Virus record (IMG/VR): IMGVR_UViG_3300021963_000029
Span: 1-64,000 of that record
Length of the DNA stretch: 64,000 nt
Reading direction: 5' to 3' (one strand)
Source of the DNA: a virus
The translations under genes and the position numbers were made by a program. Below the pieces are notes generated by a model that was not told the DNA's origin, made no database searches, and saw only the letters and a program-made list of their open reading frames with translations. Below, one piece after another: positions 58,001-64,000 of this stretch (the stretch's first letter is position 1; every line of letters starts with the position of its first letter).

Positions 58001-61000
58001 AAATACTAGGACTAGATAAATCAAATACAACAATTTCATTTGCAACAACTCTAACTTTGGGATTAGTTTGGTTGTCTATTAAAACTCTTTTAGTTGTGGT
58101 TGAGTATCCAACAGTATAAGTTGTAGTAACTCCAGAAATTACATTTACTCTAATATTATTATCAACTGACAAGCCATGTGATGATGCTGTAGAAACTTGA
58201 ACATTAACTTGTTTTACAGTTCCCTTTACTACATTAGATCTTTGAGTTGTAAATTTATGCAAATCTCCAGTACCAACAGCATTATATCTTAATAGAGCAT
58301 TTCTATTTTTTACATTCCTTACATCTTGAACAAGACCAATAACATCTTTATCTAATTTAACTACAAATAAATTTGGTAGATTATTTAAATCACCAGCATT
58401 TGTAACTATGGTAGAAGAGTCTGTAGAGTAAACAACTCTTTCTCCATCTTTAAAATTATTAAATGGCAAATAAATCCCACCATGCTCAACAAATTTAGTT
58501 TGAGAAACACCAACTCCATAGGGATATACAGTTAATGTGTTACCTACTCCAGCAACAGTACTAATACCCACAGAGACTGATCTAGAGGGTTTAAAGTAGT
58601 ATGATTCATCTAGTTCTTTTATTGGATTTTTAAAATTAAATGGAGATGCAAAGGTAAATTTAGAAGTGTTATCATAAACAGTTGTTCCAACTCCATAACT
58701 AGGAGTCCCACTCTGCCTTAATACATTCAATCTTCCATTCAATTTATCCAACCCAATAATCTTTAAAGTTTCAGAACCAATCACTAATTCTTCATCAACC
58801 CTATAAGTAATAACTGGATTTTTTACTTTGATGCTTGTAACTAGTCCTGTTACAGATACTGCACTCAACGCTTCTGTTAAAACAGTATCTCTTTTTTCAA
58901 CATTAATCTTTACATATCCTTCTAAAGCAGAAAAATCAGTAGTAGAAATTCCACTTATGGTAACATAAGTCTGTGATTTAAACTGATGGGCAGTGCTGGC
59001 AATTCCAATAAACCCATTAGCATTAGAAATAAAACTTACATTTGTAAAGGTAGTCAATCCTGCTGTTATTTGATTAATACCAACACCAGCAACACTTTCA
59101 ACTTCAGCAAATGCTCCTATACCACCACCAGACTCTTCTTCAAATTCAATTTTGTCTCCTTTTTCATAATCAAGACCCCCATCTATAACTTTTACAGAAT
59201 TTATCTTTCCAGAACTTGCTGAAATAACCTTAGCATCAGGCTTAATTTCATTAGTATTAAGATCGAAATATTCATAATAATTTGTTTTATCTTCTACTCT
59301 ATAAGGTTTAGTGTACTTAATTATTCCAAGTTCATTAAAATTCAAATCTTGATTATAATCTAAATCAAAATTATTTTTGTCTGGGATATAGTTATAGAAA
59401 TTTCCTATCACATAAGGAAATTCTGGATTGTTATTTGCATCTATTGTGCAATAATATGCATAAATCCCTTGTGGATATTCTGGAGTTACTGCAAATCTTC
59501 CATTATTTTCGTCAAGAGTTCCTGTATTTGTAAACTCATAATCTTCTATACATTCTAATAATGATGGGGGACTAATTTTATTCCTAGTATATCCACTTCT
59601 CATTCTTACTATTGAACCACTTCCATTGGGGTTTTCATATGCATATGGTCCATAAATTGGACACCCATCATAAGACCAACCAATTATAGGAGAGTGTCTT
59701 GTCGGAGTAATGCCAAAAGCATTAATTAAATTTTGGTCTAAGAAGAAAGTTCCAAACGTATTGCCAAATTTAGAATACTTTGCTCCAAATAAACAACCAT
59801 TTGATAAATTAGAAGTTCCTAGTTTTGCTACATCATTTAAAGTCCATTCTGTTAAATTTGGTTGGATTTTAAGATTTTTTCCTTTATTCTGTACTCTTAT
59901 AGTTGTATCTGTTTTTGCATATCCAACTCCACCATTAATTACTTTAACATCAATAATTTGGGCATAACTAACAGTTCCATTATAAATTTGCCCATTACTG
60001 ACAGTTGCTACTAATTGTGCTCCATATCCTTGACCTTCTACTATAAAATCAAAATCATTATAAAAATCTTTTCCTGGATTTTTAACTATAACCTCAATAA
60101 TTTTACCATCTTCAATTACTGGTTCAAACTCTGCATCAGATCCCTCTAAAACCAGTGTAGTTGGTCTTTTATGTAGATTGACAATATTTTTAGAACCAAG
60201 TAATTCTAAAGCTGGTTTAGCAAGTCCTCTTTGAACATGTGCCCCAGTTACAGACCCTAAAACTATAGGTACAATAGTAGCCCCATATCCAGTTACTGCT
60301 GATGATGTGGTTTTAATTTTACCATCAATTTTAACTCTAATTTGAGGGTATTGAATAAAGTAGGTAGAAGCAAAATCAACATCAGTAATATCTACAATAT
60401 TTGTTCTTTCAAAGTCTGTACATAATCTAAAAGAATTATTATCTAATTTATCAATATAATAAATTTGTTCTGCTACTATTCCCCCAAGGGTTGATCCATC
60501 TGCAGTAACTTCAACTTCTTCTCCATTTTCATATCCATGATTGTTATAATAGAACACATTATCATAAATGTTAATGTGTTCTGGGCCAAAAGAAAGTTTT
60601 TTGTATTTAAATCCTGATTGAATTCCCACAAACCCAACTTCATCAATGACTTGAACTTTTTGTAAAGATCTAAATCTTTGCAGACCTCCACCAGTGGTTC
60701 TTAAATTAATTAAATTTGTTTCTCTTAAAGCATCTTGTCTTGTTGGGGCAAGTCTAAATGTTGTAGAACCAGCACCAATTTGAGAAACATAGTAAACTGA
60801 TTGGTCTAATAAAGTACCATCTGAAACAATTGATCCAATTCCAATTGGAAATGTTCCCAAAGTTTCATATACTACTGCTTCTCCTTCAACAAAAGGTTGA
60901 ACAGTAGTAAATGCAAATATATTGTCTACTGTTCTTACTACAGTCCCTCTTGTAGTTGCATTAAAATCAAATGTTTTATCAATAAACTTCATCTTTACAG

Positions 61001-63458
61001 TAATAGGAACATCTTTTCTAGCACCACCTGTAACTGTAATATTTGGGGTCCCTTCATAATCATATCCAGGGTTCATAATACGAAGACCTTTTAATTCCCC
61101 TTCCATAGATGGAATAATAAAAGTTTGAGTGTCTTGATCAATAACATTATTAAAAATGTCAAATTGTGGGGGGTTTATGAGACTATAATCTTCCCCACCA
61201 CTCAAAATATCTACAGTTTCAATTTTTCCATAGTAAATTTTATCAAAAGATTTGTAATTTTGAATTTCAACTCCATTAGCAAATATTCCAACTGGTCCAG
61301 GTTGAGTTTTTACTTTTTCTTTTTCAAATTGAGGAACTTTAGGAATTTTCTTTAAAGACTTAGTAGTAGAAAATTGATTACCATATAAAGGAGAACTAAT
61401 TAAATTAATTTGCTCTAACTTGCCAACAATAGAATTGTTTACATCTAATTCTATTAAACTAGTAGAAGTTACTCCTATAGTATCTCTAGTTTCTGCTAAT
61501 CTAATGACTGCAGGACCAACTCTTTTTACATAGTAAGTATCACCAGTGTTAAATCCAACTTTATTGGTCCAATTTCCAGAAACTGCATATCCAACAACTT
61601 TTACCGCTTCTCCATCATAAAAATTATGAACTCCAATTAATGAATTATCATTTAATTCTGATGCTGAAAATTCAAACTGTTTAATATATGGACTTACCTC
61701 ATAACTAGGCAATCCATTAGATGCAATATAATTGAAATTATCATCTGCATAAGCATCTTGAATATTAGCAGTGTACTTATTGTTAATTTGGTTGAATAGT
61801 CTTGTAAAAGGTACTGCTTTTGTTTTCTTTAATCTTCTTCTAAAAAGAATATCTTTTCCCAATAAAGTATCATCATTAATTTGCTGAATAGTAAATTCTT
61901 TTGAAAGAGAAGTGTTTACTTGTATATTTGAGAGATATAATGTATAAACTCCTTGAGTCTTTACATACAAATCTACTATATCTCCAGCAACTAAGTTATG
62001 ATCATATTTTGTTAAGGCTAATCCATTGGAAAGAGCAAATCCCTGTTGTTTTGCTGATCTAACTCCATCATCAACAACGCTTACTCCAACTCCAGCATAA
62101 ATTGAAATTGGAAGATTAAACTTTAAAGACTTAACAAATACATTATTATCAGTGTATCCAATGTTATCAATTTTTATAGGGTCTTCATCTACAGCATATA
62201 AACTTTCTTCTGATTTAATAGAGGATAAAACATTATTAATCCTCATACTTACTACTTTATTTCTATCCCCATCTTCATAAGAATAAACTGAGTTTGTAGC
62301 ATATATTAAAGTTTTTCTTGAAATCTCTCTTACTATGAGAGACTCATTTACTTCAGAAACACCTAAAAATTGATTGTTAGTTTTATCTTGATATTCATAT
62401 GCAACATCATTAATATACAAGGTCCCTTTTTTAGGGAATCCTACAGTGCTATCTACAAAAATAGTATCAGATCCTGATGGTACATCCTCTACACAATAAG
62501 TTTTAAATGTTGGGAAAAAAGTACCTGAGATTGATCCCTTTGGATTTAAATTATTTGAATATCCAGAAAAAATTCTAATCTTATAATAAGTTGTCCCTTT
62601 TAATAAAAATGAATCAACCGCATAAATTGATCCAGTGGCAGGTTGGACATCTGAATTAAATGAGTCAGCATCTTGATAAAGTGTCTGTCCTTGTAATTTA
62701 AAAGGATCTCCACTAATTAAATCGCAAATAAAAGTTTCGGTTACTACCCACTTATCATCAGAGGGAGTAAAACAAAATTCTCTTGGTTTAACAATATTAA
62801 CCTTTTCATCATACAACACTTTAAATAAAATTTTGTATGATTCATCAGTTCCTTTTGATTGATAAAATGTTTTTGCTTTACTTAAGAAATTTTGAGGGTT
62901 AATTTTTGAATCAAAATCTACTTCCTCAAACCCAGGAAGATACAAGGTTTTTTGTTTTTTAAAAAATTCAATCAAAAATAGATTGCTTAAATTGTTGACA
63001 ATATCCCCATCAGAGTGGTCTGCAGACTCTGTACTTGAAAAGACTAAGATTTCTGGGTTCTCTTCTCCTTGTAAGGAGTCAACCCCACTAAACCCTCTTA
63101 CACACCCAGTAAAAGAGTTTGTAGTTATACCTGTGTATGTAATAATCTCATCATTAATTTTAAGTAGACCATACTGTTTTGGCCAACCTTTAGTTGATTC
63201 TACATTTATGGTTTCATCTAAAAATTCTACATCAGCAGTTAATTTGGTTGAAGCAATTAAGTTGTTAGATTCAAAAGCAGAAAAATTCTTATACCCTGAA
63301 AGATTTTCAGAGAGATCTACTACACCTCCCTGAAATTCTTGAGAGCGATAATACTCTTTAAAAAATTCTCCTAAATTTGGATTATCTGCTAGAATAAATT
63401 CAGGGATTTGATTTTCAACAACATCACTGATTTTTACTAACTTCTGTTCTTCTATCAT
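55086..63458 (-). CDS. Giant baseplate wedge initiator (gp7-like)
   Basis: 2790 aa; QIPEF, SKGT..SYKILFK, HSPIIGW.YDG.PIYGPY; between gp6 and gp8. Confidence 0.8.
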   Translation of the reverse strand: MIEEQKLVKISDVVENQIPEFILADNPNLGEFFKEYYRSQEFQGGVVDLSENLSGYKNFSAFESNNLIASTKLTADVEFLDETINVESTKGWPKQYGLLKINDEIITYTGITTNSFTGCVRGFSGVDSLQGEENPEILVFSSTESADHSDGDIVNNLSNLFLIEFFKKQKTLYLPGFEEVDFDSKINPQNFLSKAKTFYQSKGTDESYKILFKVLYDEKVNIVKPREFCFTPSDDKWVVTETFICDLISGDPFKLQGQTLYQDADSFNSDVQPATGSIYAVDSFLLKGTTYYKIRIFSGYSNNLNPKGSISGTFFPTFKTYCVEDVPSGSDTIFVDSTVGFPKKGTLYINDVAYEYQDKTNNQFLGVSEVNESLIVREISRKTLIYATNSVYSYEDGDRNKVVSMRINNVLSSIKSEESLYAVDEDPIKIDNIGYTDNNVFVKSLKFNLPISIYAGVGVSVVDDGVRSAKQQGFALSNGLALTKYDHNLVAGDIVDLYVKTQGVYTLYLSNIQVNTSLSKEFTIQQINDDTLLGKDILFRRRLKKTKAVPFTRLFNQINNKYTANIQDAYADDNFNYIASNGLPSYEVSPYIKQFEFSASELNDNSLIGVHNFYDGEAVKVVGYAVSGNWTNKVGFNTGDTYYVKRVGPAVIRLAETRDTIGVTSTSLIELDVNNSIVGKLEQINLISSPLYGNQFSTTKSLKKIPKVPQFEKEKVKTQPGPVGIFANGVEIQNYKSFDKIYYGKIETVDILSGGEDYSLINPPQFDIFNNVIDQDTQTFIIPSMEGELKGLRIMNPGYDYEGTPNITVTGGARKDVPITVKMKFIDKTFDFNATTRGTVVRTVDNIFAFTTVQPFVEGEAVVYETLGTFPIGIGSIVSDGTLLDQSVYYVSQIGAGSTTFRLAPTRQDALRETNLINLRTTGGGLQRFRSLQKVQVIDEVGFVGIQSGFKYKKLSFGPEHINIYDNVFYYNNHGYENGEEVEVTADGSTLGGIVAEQIYYIDKLDNNSFRLCTDFERTNIVDITDVDFASTYFIQYPQIRVKIDGKIKTTSSAVTGYGATIVPIVLGSVTGAHVQRGLAKPALELLGSKNIVNLHKRPTTLVLEGSDAEFEPVIEDGKIIEVIVKNPGKDFYNDFDFIVEGQGYGAQLVATVSNGQIYNGTVSYAQIIDVKVINGGVGYAKTDTTIRVQNKGKNLKIQPNLTEWTLNDVAKLGTSNLSNGCLFGAKYSKFGNTFGTFFLDQNLINAFGITPTRHSPIIGWSYDGCPIYGPYAYENPNGSGSIVRMRSGYTRNKISPPSLLECIEDYEFTNTGTLDENNGRFAVTPEYPQGIYAYYCTIDANNNPEFPYVIGNFYNYIPDKNNFDLDYNQDLNFNELGIIKYTKPYRVEDKTNYYEYFDLNTNEIKPDAKVISASSGKINSVKVIDGGLDYEKGDKIEFEEESGGGIGAFAEVESVAGVGINQITAGLTTFTNVSFISNANGFIGIASTAHQFKSQTYVTISGISTTDFSALEGYVKINVEKRDTVLTEALSAVSVTGLVTSIKVKNPVITYRVDEELVIGSETLKIIGLDKLNGRLNVLRQSGTPSYGVGTTVYDNTSKFTFASPFNFKNPIKELDESYYFKPSRSVSVGISTVAGVGNTLTVYPYGVGVSQTKFVEHGGIYLPFNNFKDGERVVYSTDSSTIVTNAGDLNNLPNLFVVKLDKDVIGLVQDVRNVKNRNALLRYNAVGTGDLHKFTTQRSNVVKGTVKQVNVQVSTASSHGLSVDNNIRVNVISGVTTTYTVGYSTTTKRVLIDNQTNPKVRVVANEIVVFDLSSPSISGKDFNLYADEFFRNPYFGNENNGVEVFKTPTTLTFRVSEYTPKLLYYNLTNITTNDEIYPDFTVDGNNEIKLDDSLYSIESKVTGIAGTSFTYNLPVYPERSQYTNTLSRLNYSVLDSGIKGPIDKVKLIYGGSSYKKVPSIKIITTKSGVGADLYATTTTIGKIKAIKILNTESVYPSDKTLSPVTNSFVALRTKNSYQVDKVDILDSGKKYQSPPTLVLYNKITNQTDLDFEASVISQTNANTIDRVLVTNSSGNLKSTDDFIASTNNSNGIRILNATSSGSFPYEVELTLETPISGFSTANDLPISVGSSIFVENIISTGGSGFNSSDYDFSPFIVTYVNPNYSSPDAAIVRYELQKFPGTISGSTFNASVVRYEDLAKFKPTLRKTRYLNNESLLPYNSEIIDNENNETITDLIKVHNSSSFSVGDSIKGSSTKSESTIFSIEKFKASLKLDSSLSENIGWKDFRGNLSTILQKLQDNDYYQNFSYSLKSKKSISEWKPIISDLVHVSGYKQFGDLTIESSLPVGIASTLSVTSDSLSAVNISLISEKDVSTVSNFDLVVEEDIDESDGIYSEYLKFGTKKLSDFFLSEANRVLSVDDISGLFNTDNSPFVLVPVDTVDTTNNVVLKYYFFVAATTSFFGLFEKPEVFDLFVTRTGPTINLVSYAYYYDFYTESGVPKQPLGEVQGSISPTDENEIVINFAPKNIFNSYSIAAIRDTVSTTIGITSTSYGYVDVIERTIGYASSASISTSTFYSYPLADCNAGVGLVGISSAQNKVESSFEFSFVKNVDNIIDINIYAENKTKELGSIGVTTSSSGAIEFNYTNVLGVGVTIFSNIQFIKNTPTAPYNISNERSVQTSENYNYTGSSSVGLTTVPQVFAASKYIVYAEKTVGLTTHRTLFQTNAVHFDDYNTLTTYGFAGNMPLNEFTIENVYNAGIGNYTLTLTPSSSGTFNFKVIKKTILTPNI

Positions 63459-63459
63459 C

Positions 63460-64000
63460 TTAACTTCTTATCTTAGTTCCAGTGGGATAACTTGTTTCTG
63501 GGTCAAATCTGCTTCCTGAAGCATTTTCACCAGATGAGATTATATCTTTGATCATTGTAAACTTACTTTTACCTACATCCAACTTCAAATAAATTGATTT
63601 TTTAGCAATAACATCATTAGAGTATGGAGTTGCCTCTATCTCTACTATATTATTAGGCAAAGAAGTTTCTGATATAGTTATAGTATCTATATTGATTTCA
63701 CCAGTGATATAATCAACTGTGCCAATGTCTTGTTGTTCTGTTTTTTCTGTTTCTCCATCAATAGAAAATAGATACAACCTTCCAGTTTTTAAATCTGCAT
63801 TAGGAGTATCTGATAGATAAACCTCTTTTGTTAGTCCTCTAATTCTAAATCCAGTGCTTCTAATATTATACCCTGAAGGAGAAGCAAAAAATCTATTTTC
63901 ATAGCAAATTGTGTATTGGGTTGGTTCATTAATAATAACACCAACATTTCTTCTAATTAATACTTTTGTTATGTTGGAAGTGATAGAAGTATTTGTAGCA
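63460..64000 (-). CDS. gp6: Baseplate wedge subunit, C-terminal part (begins beyond window)
   Basis: Open frame to window end: ITSNITKV..RR, NIRSTGF, GTVDYITGEI, PYSND. Confidence 0.85.
   Translation of the reverse strand, partial: ATNTSITSNITKVLIRRNVGVIINEPTQYTICYENRFFASPSGYNIRSTGFRIRGLTKEVYLSDTPNADLKTGRLYLFSIDGETEKTEQQDIGTVDYITGEINIDTITISETSLPNNIVEIEATPYSNDVIAKKSIYLKLDVGKSKFTMIKDIISSGENASGSRFDPETSYPTGTKIRS

Noticed and set aside
1-64000. tRNAs, CRISPR arrays, introns or inteins in gp43/gp41/gp17/gp20/gp23, and genetic-code reassignment
   Set aside because: No intergenic space or repeat-spacer pattern was seen; core genes are full length and intact under the standard code

Overview
A 64-kb segment of a T4-like myovirus genome, most likely a cyanophage (Kyanoviridae-like). 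The host is inferred from gene order, Hsp20, MazG, a DUF3110-like gene and the giant baseplate genes; no photosynthesis genes lie in this window. Every credible gene is on the minus strand. In transcription order (right to left) the window holds: baseplate and large virion proteins (gp6 partial, gp7-like, gp8, DUF4815 protein), neck gp13/gp14, an accessory collagen-fibre cassette, gp15-gp23, gp3, uvsY, uvsW, gp55, gp47/46/45/44, dam, an HNH endonuclease, gp62, regA, hsp20, an HNH-nucleotidyltransferase fusion, gp43, uvsX, a 2OG-Fe(II) oxygenase, gp41, mazG, a putative nuclease with a DNA methyltransferase, a cytidylyltransferase-like protein and late hypothetical genes. I saw no tRNA, CRISPR array, intron or intein. 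Best leads: (1) late proteins carrying T4 internal-protein-like capsid-targeting/gp21-cleavage motifs, including internal copies, which suggest packaged, protease-processed enzyme polyproteins; (2) a ROSE-like RNA thermometer on hsp20, followed by a promoter- and terminator-bounded candidate late sRNA; (3) extreme CpG depletion with discrete CG-retaining islands; (4) an NblA-like small protein; (5) an amicyanin-type Cu-ligand motif in a collagen fibre; (6) a divergent promoter pair at gp55 sharing one -35 element. All family assignments come from motif recognition, not database searches.
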